NCBI GenBank assembly: GCA_023268715.1
Contig: JALRLV010000002.1
Coordinates: 18,737 to 82,736 of the forward strand
Origin: Candidatus Thalassarchaeaceae archaeon
GTDB lineage: Archaea > Thermoplasmatota > Poseidoniia > Poseidoniales > Thalassarchaeaceae
Length of the DNA: 64,000 nt
Direction: 5' to 3'
Part shown: piece by piece, positions 1 to 9,019 of the stretch
Position numbering within the stretch: the first letter of the stretch is position 1
Layout of the letters: each line of letters opens with the position of its first letter
The notes under the pieces: model-generated
Databases searched by the model: none
What the model was told of the DNA's origin: nothing
Seen by the model: only the letters and a program-made list of their open reading frames with translations
Position numbers and translations under genes: made by a program

Positions 1-13
1 CTTACTTCACCAA

Positions 14-3000
14 ATGGATATTGATGACGATGGTGATGATGATATTCAAGTCGGGCTTACTGTTAATTTGAACAATATAGACTTAACCGGAACAACTCTT
101 TCTGCATCTCCACAATTAGATTACCAAGTTAGTGTTCTTCCATCAAGCACAACGGATTCAGATTGGGATGATTTGCAAACCCTTGAGGTTAGTATTCTCA
201 AAGCGTTTGCATACTCCGATGGGATTCTAAACGAAGGAGAATCTTATGTTTGGGTCATTGATTCAAAATTCACCCACGTCCCCTATGATTTTACTTTGGG
301 CGTTGGTTTAGAGAGAATTACGTTTGATTTGTCAGAGGCCGGAAGTAGTCTAATTTTATCCATAGTTAACGCACTTACATTCGGGATTTTCAATGGTGGC
401 GATGAATCAGGAATCAGTATCTCATCCATAGCAGCGCCATATCAAATTTCGATTGATAATTCAGGGCAAACTGAATGCCCGGCCCGTTACTCCCCAATCG
501 AGCTGACAACTTTGCCTTCAAGCGAGATATCTTGTGGAGTGACTGCTGGATTTGGATATGTTCACTTTTCACCACCTGATTCTCAGGATAATAGAGAAGT
601 TTGGGAAGTCGCATATATCGAGGCTACAATACATCCAAATAGACTTTCAACTACTATTCCTGAGCTTGTAGAAGTAACCATCCGAACCGATAGTACCCTT
701 GCTGACGGAACTGGTAATCTAGGCGAAAATGGATTGGATACGTTGGAGTATTGGGCCGATGAGCGAGCCGATTTGCACATTCACTTCCATGAAAATAGAA
801 CAGGGGACCCTGGAGAAACTTCTGAAGGCAATTACGGCAATGTGACTGACTCAATGGGTTGGTTCCGAGGTATGCCGAAAGGAAGTCTGACTGCGGAAGA
901 AATAGATCGTACATTCACGATGTTGGGATCTAAATCGCAACCGGAATTACCAGGAGGTCAACCAGACCGTCTAGGCTTGATAATAGCTGTAAAAAACTTC
1001 ACCAGAGATAATTCTCAAAATGTCGATGATCCGTCTCTACCAGTTAACCCCGCGTATCCTCCCAAGACACTAGTCCTAGTTCGTTCAATACAATCTATAG
1101 AATCTGTAGAATACTATTCTTGGATGAAACGAGGGGGTGCGGAAGCAGACCATAGACGAATCCAAATTACTGCTAAAGAAATCCCTACTGCTATAGTATT
1201 CTTTGGTTCTTTTGAATTAGGAGGTGCCGATGAGGCGGACACCAGCTTTGATACGGGTCAGAATCTAGATTTCCTCTCTAGAATTTTAGATGTCGTTCTG
1301 ATAAATATAGTAGACATATTCCTAGACATTGGTACTATATTGAACGGCATTCCATCAGCTGCTGTTGATGTAATTGGTGGAGGAATCGGCGGTTCTGGCG
1401 GTCTATCAGGTGAGACACTTCACCTACTAATGCACAATAATTGGAGAATAGATAGGGAAGCTCGCTCAATTTCCGAGGTAGGTCTTCAAATCGGCTCGAG
1501 CCCCCATCCAACAATGTCTGGTGATCATCTCATCTTGTCAAAAGATAGAGGATTAGACACTGTGGAAGGTCGGAACGGACCGCAGACTCCTTTGGTTCAG
1601 GTGGCTGCAAGTTTACGATTCAGTGGACTCAGTTCATTTACTCTGATAGACGAAATTGAAACTGACTCTCAGTCATTGTCTCTTCGTACCACTGCGGAAA
1701 AATCATTCACATTCCTCTACATCGACCATCAGCATTCCAATCTTGTAGATGCTGCACATCAGGGTTTATGGATTTCAGACATTCCTGACAATTTAACCGC
1801 AGATTTAACTCCAGAATTAGCCACATATTCTGCTAGTTCCACCATCGATAGGATTAGTTATACAGGAATTGAAGGAAATCAGAGACAAGCCGCACATATT
1901 CTGGATGTTCCAGCAGAATTTACTGTTGAATTTGGAGACACCACTAAGTGGACAGCATCTTCTCCTATTTCGACAATCCACGCGCAACTTACTGATTCCG
2001 AAAACCCAATCACGATGAGCGGAGATCACTTTCTTTTCCACCATCATCCGGAAGATGGAAGTTCAACAATTTCAACCAGAATTTCTGGTCTACAAGAGGT
2101 TGGTTGGAAAGCTCCTGCTGTACCTGGTGCAACCGGCGCGATGGGGCAAGGTACCGCCTTTATGTCCATAGCAGGAGATCGAACTATGAGTATCAATGTG
2201 GATCACGCACCAACTCAAGATGAAGGAGGCCTTTCTGCGTTGGTTCTTATCGATCCTCTTCCGTCAAATGTTTCAGTAGATATTCCAACCGGGGCCGAGG
2301 CGGGGAATAATTTGGTAATCCCAGAATTGAATACCTCGCAAGGGGTGTCTGGAGTTGCCTTTTTCCTTGGAGGATTTGCTGATTTGGGTCGCTCTGTCAA
2401 TACTGTACTTTCTGGAGTGACAAGCGAAATTTCTACAGGTACAGCCGGAGGAAATGGTTCCTTTTCTTATGGCATGGAGCTAGATGCTGATAGCGAGTTT
2501 GACCTAATCTTCGAGGCCAGTCAAGGTAACGGGACAGCGGATGAACCAGCATGGGTTCATGGGATTTCGATGAATGCCGCCCCAACTGGAATTTCTGATG
2601 GCTTCCATATTCGAGGTTGGATTCCAAATCTACCCCCATTAATCGATATCACAGTCAGTCGTGTGCCTAACTCAAATGGAGAAGATTGGACAATTATGTT
2701 GGGTATGGAAGGGTGGCTTCCTGCAAGGAGTGAATTCATGCTAAATGCCAAAGGCGTTAATGGACAAGACTTGATGTTGACGTTACAAGGTTTGACTGTT
2801 GGTGAAGCAACTGACTTGGGTATTGACTCTCAATTCACCATTAAGGAAACTACTGGCGGAATTAATGAGGTTACTACCTCGACTCGTTTCGTACTATCCA
2901 ACAGGCTGGATTGGATTCATGCTGAGCTCATCAATAGGGAAGCCGGTGCTAGAACAGAGATGCTAATCAACGATATACCTGAATCAATTGATTTACTAGC

Positions 3001-3817
3001 TAGCCTTGGTACTTCAATTTCGATTGACATGATTGTGCCTGAAGAATATCGTCGGGATGGCCCGGCGGTAGATTCCATCATGTTGCAACAGATGCAGTGG
3101 ATGGAAGGCGCTTGGTGGCCTGCTACAGTTTTCTTAACCGATGTTCCAAACTCGATTAATCTGACCACACAAGCAGATTTTGATTATGACATTACCAAAA
3201 CTCTAGCATTCCAAGGTACTCCTGTCCTTGATTTCTCAGCATCAGATAGTGGAATGTCGTTGTATATTGAGGCAAATGGTAGAGCCATAAACAATCGCGG
3301 TGACATAATATTGCTCGCTGAAGGATTGACAGACCGTATGGTGATTAAGCCAACCTCTGATTATGGTCTAGCAATTCGAAGCGGAGGTGACGGTGTTGAG
3401 AGAATCTACCTCAGAGCCTCCAATATGCCAACTACCCCTCCTGTGGTAATTGAGGAAGTAGAGGCACTTGGAGAAAATCTGAGAAGTGCAACAATTCGTG
3501 TTGTCGAGATTGCGGGGCCGTACAGCATCATAGAATTGGAAGATGTTCAAGGTGGGAAAATAATCGCTTCAGCCCGTGCCATCGCTGAGGTAGATGCCCT
3601 TGGGACCACCTTCGATCTGCGAGGGGTTCTCCTAGATGCTCAAACCACAGGAGGGGTCCCTACTGGAACCAGTATTGGAGTCAATGGATTAGCATCTGAC
3701 CTGTCTCTTTTGAATTTGGTACCGGGTTTTGAGGGATCAACTCATCACATTATTGTCCCAGAACCATTTTCTTCTGGACTTCTGACTTTAGGTGCAACTT
3801 TCTTGGGGGGTGATTGA
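14..3817 (+). CDS. Giant acidic beta-rich surface/secreted protein of unknown function (probably 5'-truncated by window edge)
   Basis: 1267-aa ORF; frame is open back to position 2 (LLHQ-M). DIDDDGDDD Ca-binding-like motif, recurring I/L-x-D-I/V-P motifs, C-terminal VPEP plus hydrophobic tail. Confidence 0.75.
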   Translation: MDIDDDGDDDIQVGLTVNLNNIDLTGTTLSASPQLDYQVSVLPSSTTDSDWDDLQTLEVSILKAFAYSDGILNEGESYVWVIDSKFTHVPYDFTLGVGLERITFDLSEAGSSLILSIVNALTFGIFNGGDESGISISSIAAPYQISIDNSGQTECPARYSPIELTTLPSSEISCGVTAGFGYVHFSPPDSQDNREVWEVAYIEATIHPNRLSTTIPELVEVTIRTDSTLADGTGNLGENGLDTLEYWADERADLHIHFHENRTGDPGETSEGNYGNVTDSMGWFRGMPKGSLTAEEIDRTFTMLGSKSQPELPGGQPDRLGLIIAVKNFTRDNSQNVDDPSLPVNPAYPPKTLVLVRSIQSIESVEYYSWMKRGGAEADHRRIQITAKEIPTAIVFFGSFELGGADEADTSFDTGQNLDFLSRILDVVLINIVDIFLDIGTILNGIPSAAVDVIGGGIGGSGGLSGETLHLLMHNNWRIDREARSISEVGLQIGSSPHPTMSGDHLILSKDRGLDTVEGRNGPQTPLVQVAASLRFSGLSSFTLIDEIETDSQSLSLRTTAEKSFTFLYIDHQHSNLVDAAHQGLWISDIPDNLTADLTPELATYSASSTIDRISYTGIEGNQRQAAHILDVPAEFTVEFGDTTKWTASSPISTIHAQLTDSENPITMSGDHFLFHHHPEDGSSTISTRISGLQEVGWKAPAVPGATGAMGQGTAFMSIAGDRTMSINVDHAPTQDEGGLSALVLIDPLPSNVSVDIPTGAEAGNNLVIPELNTSQGVSGVAFFLGGFADLGRSVNTVLSGVTSEISTGTAGGNGSFSYGMELDADSEFDLIFEASQGNGTADEPAWVHGISMNAAPTGISDGFHIRGWIPNLPPLIDITVSRVPNSNGEDWTIMLGMEGWLPARSEFMLNAKGVNGQDLMLTLQGLTVGEATDLGIDSQFTIKETTGGINEVTTSTRFVLSNRLDWIHAELINREAGARTEMLINDIPESIDLLASLGTSISIDMIVPEEYRRDGPAVDSIMLQQMQWMEGAWWPATVFLTDVPNSINLTTQADFDYDITKTLAFQGTPVLDFSASDSGMSLYIEANGRAINNRGDIILLAEGLTDRMVIKPTSDYGLAIRSGGDGVERIYLRASNMPTTPPVVIEEVEALGENLRSATIRVVEIAGPYSIIELEDVQGGKIIASARAIAEVDALGTTFDLRGVLLDAQTTGGVPTGTSIGVNGLASDLSLLNLVPGFEGSTHHIIVPEPFSSGLLTLGATFLGGD

Positions 3818-3818
3818 T

Positions 3819-4385
3819 TTGGGATTGATGGATAAAATTCGCTCTCAAAATGAGGAGTTAGAAACTCCGGATGCAGCAACAGAACGAGCCCATGAGATTC
3901 TCCAAATCGTTGGTCAGCGAGTTGAGAAAGTCCGACCAAGTAGAGTAATTTTTGCCTCCGTGGCCGTATTACTGATACTGAGCGGAATCATGATTATTGG
4001 AACTTGGATTGTCCCATATGACAGAACTTCCGTGGATGTTGTCTATCTTCAGGGAGTCGGTGGCCATGTTGTTTTAGTTGAATTAGATAACAAAGGATCT
4101 CGTTCAATTACTGATGTCCAATTAGATATCAGATTTTTAGACGACGATAGTAACGAGATTTCAAAGTCTACCTTTGAAACCGATGAGATCGCCGCCCATA
4201 CTTCGATTGCTGGCGATGATCTTGAACTAATTGCCCAAGGTCCATCGGTTTGGGAGAATTATACTATCGAGATTATCCTAGAATACACCTACAGCGGTAA
4301 AGAATATAATGAAAGATGGACGTATAATGTAGGTGGTTGGACTATGGAGATGTTTACCTATGACGCACCAATGCACTTCTTTTGA
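3819..4385 (+). CDS. Single-TM anchored protein with extracellular Ig/CARDB-like beta-sandwich (hypothetical)
   Basis: GGTGA SD at 3809-3813 favours TTG 3819 or ATG 3828; TM VIFASVAVLLILSGIMIIGTWIV; LDNKGSRSITDVQL resembles Ig-fold N-x-G motif. Confidence 0.65.
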   Translation: MGLMDKIRSQNEELETPDAATERAHEILQIVGQRVEKVRPSRVIFASVAVLLILSGIMIIGTWIVPYDRTSVDVVYLQGVGGHVVLVELDNKGSRSITDVQLDIRFLDDDSNEISKSTFETDEIAAHTSIAGDDLELIAQGPSVWENYTIEIILEYTYSGKEYNERWTYNVGGWTMEMFTYDAPMHFF

Positions 4386-4402
4386 CACGACCTATGGTCG
4401 TG
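4386..4402. repeat. Intergenic hairpin CACGACC-TAT-GGTCGTG
   Basis: Perfect 7-bp inverted repeat directly after the TGA at 4383-4385; no U-tract. Confidence 0.6.
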
Positions 4403-4462
4403 AGACAATCACAATACAGTTTACCCTAATGCTGAAAGGCGACCCAATTGGGGGCTGATTCC

Positions 4463-7400
4463 ATGGGACAGAGAATTGCAGTTGTGCTAATCGGGTTATT
4501 CCTAATATCTCTGATTCCGGCTGGTGATTTTTACATCAACCAATCCGAAGATTCAACTGAGGCTCTAGATTGGTCGGTCAAGCGTATAGAAATAGCCGCT
4601 GACCCTAATTCAATTCAAGACCTTGTATCGCCAAAAGTGACACAGGGATTTGAAAGGCTTAGAGATAGTACTGCTGATTCTAGTATTGGAGTGTACACCG
4701 AGTCTGGATTGATTCCATCCGTCCATCTGCCAAATTCTCTTACTCAGGCACGTTGGGATTTAGCGATGGTAATAGTAGACGGAGGCGTTGGAATTTGGGA
4801 TGCTCGCTTAGAGGTTGAATCATCAGCTGAAGTTGAGATAAGAACGACCATACCTCCTTCGGGTTTCTTGGTTCAAGGAACAACCGAAGAATTGGATAAG
4901 TTGGCGGCGAACTCCGTAGTTGTTGCAGTCCATCCAGTCCCAACTGGACTGCTTGTCCACCCATTGCTGACAGTCGTCGATGAAGGCTCGATAATGGTAG
5001 AAATCCTCGGTTGGAAGGATGATAATCTACAGCGACATATGGAACCAGGTCTTGGATTGTCAGGTTCCCTTACAGATGTTGCAGGAAAGTGGCTTACCGA
5101 CGGATGGAGTCCCGAGGAAGGTAGATATTGGGGTGAAATTGAACTTTCTAAACTAGCGGATATGATTGAAGATCCTGCTGTAGCCTATGTCGCCCCGTTG
5201 CCTGTTCTAGAATTAAAGAACGACAATGCTCGAACCCATATGGGAATAAATTCGGTTGAATCTTTCTTCATCACAAACATAGATGGCACTGGCCAAACTG
5301 TAGCTGTTGGTGACTCTGGAATAGATCACGATCATGGAGATTTCAATAACCGTATTTCAGGTAGAAATTCCGTTACACCGGGAGATTCCTCGACAGCCGA
5401 TTTATCTGATGGACACGGAACTCATGTTGCCTGCACAGTACTAGGTTCTGGAATGAGAAGTAGTGGCACCTATGAGGGGGTAGCACCGGGGGCCGACCTA
5501 TATTTCCAAGCGATGGAGGATGATGATACCGGTGCCCTATACAGTTACGGAATCAACAGTATGTTGAATTCTGCTTACAATGCAGGCGCTCGCCTACACA
5601 CAAATAGTTGGGGCGCAGGCAGTGGTTTCGGATCTTACTCAACTCAATCTGAGGATGCAGACGACCGAACTTCCACTTGGGACCAATACTGGAATTATGA
5701 TGGAATGACGGTACTCTTTGCAGCAGGAAATGAAAGAAACGATGGTGTTTCTCCACCGGGCACAGCGAAGAATGTAATCACCGTTGGAGGACACAAGAAC
5801 CGATACAGTGGCTCTCCTGATGAGATGTACTATTGGAGCAGTCGAGGGCCTACAGATGATGGTCGCCTTAAGCCGGATTTAGTGGGTCCAGGTGATGGTG
5901 TTCGCTCATGTCTATCACAAGAGGCCGAGGAAGCATCTTCTGGTTGGTCAAATAATTGGTACATTGAGTATAGCGGTACTTCGATGGCAACCCCTGCTGC
6001 TGCGGGTGCCGCAACCCTCGTGCGACAATATCTCATGGATGTTGCAAATAGGCCCGCTCCCCAAGGAGCATTAGTAAAGGCACTACTAATCCTAGGTGCT
6101 CAGGATATGGGTGCTAGAAATATTCCAAACAATGACGAGGGCTGGGGTAGGGTCAATCTTGTCAATTCCCTTATTCCAGATAGCGATGAAGGTATTTTCG
6201 TCGATGACCGAAGTCGTATTTCTTCTGGTCAAACAAAGGAATACACATTCGATGTTACAAGAGGCGCAGAGCCACTGAAAGTGGTATTGGCATGGTCCGA
6301 TTATCCCGGCTCTTCACAAAGTACCAATCAGTTACGTAATGATTTGAATCTAGAGGTGATTCATCCCAATGGAGGAACTTCCTTCAAAGGTAATGTTTTC
6401 AATGGCGGGAAATCAATTTCTGGTGGTAATTTCGATAATAAAAACAACGTCGAAGTAGTGCTAATTGATAATGCAGGCGTAGGTACATGGACAGTCCGTG
6501 TGACTGATGATTATCATGGCGGAAGTCGGACTTGGCAACCGTATGCTTTAGCCGTAAGAGGCGTAAATGTAAACGACCTTTCACCCGATCCCTCATTTGC
6601 TCCCGATGTTACTATCAACCCTCCAATTCCACAAATCGGAGACCCCGTACAAATTGGAGTTACTGTCCAAAACCTTGGTGCTGGGTCGGTATCAGATCTG
6701 GAGGTAATGGCAAGGGCAGATGGTAGCCTTATCTCCACTCAAACGATTTCACTGAGTCCCGGTGATTCGGTCGATGTTCAGTGGAATTGGAATCCATCGA
6801 CTGAAGGTCTAGTCGATTTGTCCTTCCACATAGATCCGAATGATTTAGTGGAAGAATCAAATGAAGGAAATAACCTTCTTACACATACTATGGTAATAAG
6901 CGCACCCGGAGTTAGGGTAACTTCAGATGAACCATTCATGACTTTAGGGGAAACAGATGATAGTTCCACCTCATGGAATTTGGTTCTAACAAATACTGCA
7001 TTATTCGAGACAAATGCAACAATCGTAGCAAGCTCACCTGTAAGGTTGAGTGATGGAGTTGAATTCGATTGGTATTCCTCACTTACTTCAAACACTTTTA
7101 ATCTGCTAGAAGCAGAATCGGTAGAGGTAGGTCTCACACTTATCCATCCGGCTCCTCCAGAACCCGGAACTTATGTAATGACGGTCACTGGAACGGATAT
7201 CGAGAATGACATTGAGTCTGAATTAGATTTGTATTTCGAAGTACCAATTTTAGCCTCTGCTGATGTACTGATTACATCAGGAAAAATTCCAGTCAGCCCT
7301 ATTTCGCAATCTCAATTGCAAGTATTCGTATCCAACGAGGGTAACGGACCTCAAACCTATGATGTGGAATTAAGTTCTCCTGCTGGGTGGCACTTAGGGT

Positions 7401-8956
7401 TGGATGCCTTAGGGGCTTTTGAGGGGTCATCTCACGGTTCAACGGGGACTCTTGCGGTGGGGGAAAGTCGAGCAATCGACATCACCGTGAATCCTCCCGG
7501 TGCAATGATTCCAGCAGGTTCTATTTTCGATGCTGGCCTGACTGTACACTCTAGAGTTAGTAGTGATTCTTGGTCAATTCCTCTTACCCTAGAGGTGATG
7601 GCGATAGATCAACTATCTGCAACCCCGATAAGTGATGGAATTCAGTATGAGGTTGCTCCTGATGAAACCTTGAATCTCGAAATTGATTTCCTGAACACAG
7701 GAAACCGACACTTAACTATGACTCCATATCAAAGAGCTATACCATCAGGTTGGTCGATCGTTGGTGGCCTCGATACATTGGAAGCACCGGCTGGTGAAAC
7801 CACAACTTGGTCGGTTACTTTGCAAGGTAATGGAAGAGCGACAAGTGGCGATTTCAAACTACGATTTGCTACTGAGGATGGTTTTTCGCTGGATTGGAAT
7901 AGAACCATCGATGTTCTATCTGCAGCAATTCCCAGCCTTGCGTTCCACCAAGTTGTTTTGGCAGATGGAACCACATCTGAAACTCCGTTGGGAATAGGTG
8001 CTTATCCAGTTGGAACCGGCTTTGATTTGGCATGGAAGGTTGAGAATGAAGGTACCTCAACTTGGCGTCCAACGACTTCAATTATCGTACCTGATAATGG
8101 CGATTGGCAAGCGGATTGCCTCACTACACCATCAACGCTAGCGCCTGGAGCGAGTAGTATAATCTGGTGCACGGTTGCCATTCCTCTCTCAGAACAAGCG
8201 GGTTCCGAGCCAGCAGTTACTCTCAGGATGGAAGGAGAAGGAGTTGTAGTTGAAAATTCCATTTCGCTGCTTGTAGATTCATTTTCGGCAGTTGTATGGG
8301 ATCTACGTACTGAAGACCCGATTGCCTATGAAAACTATCCAGTTCAGTTGACAATAGACGTTCAGAATATAGGGAATTCCCAAATAAATAACCGACTTGA
8401 TGTGAATGCGCCAAGTGGTTGGAATGTATTCATTGATGATGAATTATTAGTAATCCTGAGCCCGGGGGAATCTAGATCAATCGTAATCGAATTTACCCCA
8501 GATAGCGGTAGTGATGGCACCATTGAGGTGCAATTGCGAAATGGAGAAACCATCCAAGATTCTTCCTTCAGTTTTGAGGTCGATGTCTTACCTGCAGTAG
8601 GGGAGAGTGACAGCATCGCTTCTACTCTGATTCCCATTCTTGTAATTCTCGTAATTGTGCTTCTAGCAGGAGGTGGATTCTATGTGTTCCAACAAAAGGG
8701 TGGTAGCTTGGAATCAATAATGTCCAACGAGGCCGTAAGTAAGATTACGCAGTCCCTAAATATCGCTGAAAAAGAAAGTGGTTCAGGCATTGAATGCTGG
8801 GTCTGTAGCGGGGATATTACTGTCGGTGCGGCCTTAGCTTGCGGCAGTTGTGGAGCCCGATATCATCGTCCTGGTCAAGTCGGTGGCTGTGATATTCTGT
8901 CTCTCGGGAAATGCCTCAACTGCAATGCGGATTGGGATGAATTAGTTGACGCATAA
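4463..8956 (+). CDS. Membrane-anchored S8 (subtilisin, KP-43-like) serine protease with CARDB/Ig-like stalk and C-terminal Zn finger
   Basis: Catalytic motifs VAVGDSG, HGTHVACT, FAAGNE, SGTSMATP; KP-43-like LHTNSWG, SSRGPTDDGRLKPD, LAWSD, NNVEVV; CARDB-like IDPNDLVEESNEGNN; signal peptide; TM near C-terminus; Cys-rich tail. ORF track start is 4448. Confidence 0.92.
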   Translation: MGQRIAVVLIGLFLISLIPAGDFYINQSEDSTEALDWSVKRIEIAADPNSIQDLVSPKVTQGFERLRDSTADSSIGVYTESGLIPSVHLPNSLTQARWDLAMVIVDGGVGIWDARLEVESSAEVEIRTTIPPSGFLVQGTTEELDKLAANSVVVAVHPVPTGLLVHPLLTVVDEGSIMVEILGWKDDNLQRHMEPGLGLSGSLTDVAGKWLTDGWSPEEGRYWGEIELSKLADMIEDPAVAYVAPLPVLELKNDNARTHMGINSVESFFITNIDGTGQTVAVGDSGIDHDHGDFNNRISGRNSVTPGDSSTADLSDGHGTHVACTVLGSGMRSSGTYEGVAPGADLYFQAMEDDDTGALYSYGINSMLNSAYNAGARLHTNSWGAGSGFGSYSTQSEDADDRTSTWDQYWNYDGMTVLFAAGNERNDGVSPPGTAKNVITVGGHKNRYSGSPDEMYYWSSRGPTDDGRLKPDLVGPGDGVRSCLSQEAEEASSGWSNNWYIEYSGTSMATPAAAGAATLVRQYLMDVANRPAPQGALVKALLILGAQDMGARNIPNNDEGWGRVNLVNSLIPDSDEGIFVDDRSRISSGQTKEYTFDVTRGAEPLKVVLAWSDYPGSSQSTNQLRNDLNLEVIHPNGGTSFKGNVFNGGKSISGGNFDNKNNVEVVLIDNAGVGTWTVRVTDDYHGGSRTWQPYALAVRGVNVNDLSPDPSFAPDVTINPPIPQIGDPVQIGVTVQNLGAGSVSDLEVMARADGSLISTQTISLSPGDSVDVQWNWNPSTEGLVDLSFHIDPNDLVEESNEGNNLLTHTMVISAPGVRVTSDEPFMTLGETDDSSTSWNLVLTNTALFETNATIVASSPVRLSDGVEFDWYSSLTSNTFNLLEAESVEVGLTLIHPAPPEPGTYVMTVTGTDIENDIESELDLYFEVPILASADVLITSGKIPVSPISQSQLQVFVSNEGNGPQTYDVELSSPAGWHLGLDALGAFEGSSHGSTGTLAVGESRAIDITVNPPGAMIPAGSIFDAGLTVHSRVSSDSWSIPLTLEVMAIDQLSATPISDGIQYEVAPDETLNLEIDFLNTGNRHLTMTPYQRAIPSGWSIVGGLDTLEAPAGETTTWSVTLQGNGRATSGDFKLRFATEDGFSLDWNRTIDVLSAAIPSLAFHQVVLADGTTSETPLGIGAYPVGTGFDLAWKVENEGTSTWRPTTSIIVPDNGDWQADCLTTPSTLAPGASSIIWCTVAIPLSEQAGSEPAVTLRMEGEGVVVENSISLLVDSFSAVVWDLRTEDPIAYENYPVQLTIDVQNIGNSQINNRLDVNAPSGWNVFIDDELLVILSPGESRSIVIEFTPDSGSDGTIEVQLRNGETIQDSSFSFEVDVLPAVGESDSIASTLIPILVILVIVLLAGGGFYVFQQKGGSLESIMSNEAVSKITQSLNIAEKESGSGIECWVCSGDITVGAALACGSCGARYHRPGQVGGCDILSLGKCLNCNADWDELVDA

Positions 8957-8958
8957 AT

Positions 8959-9014
8959 CGCGACCCCTTAGGGTCGCGTAGCCCGAAGCCCTTAGAGGGG
9001 CCTGTTTGTCGGGC
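8959..9014. repeat. Two tandem intergenic hairpins (CGCGACCC-CTTA-GGGTCGCG; GCCCGA...TCGGGC with inner GCCCT-TAGA-GGGGC)
   Basis: Inverted repeats read directly; they fill most of the 63-bp spacer. Confidence 0.6.
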
Positions 9015-9019
9015 AAGCA

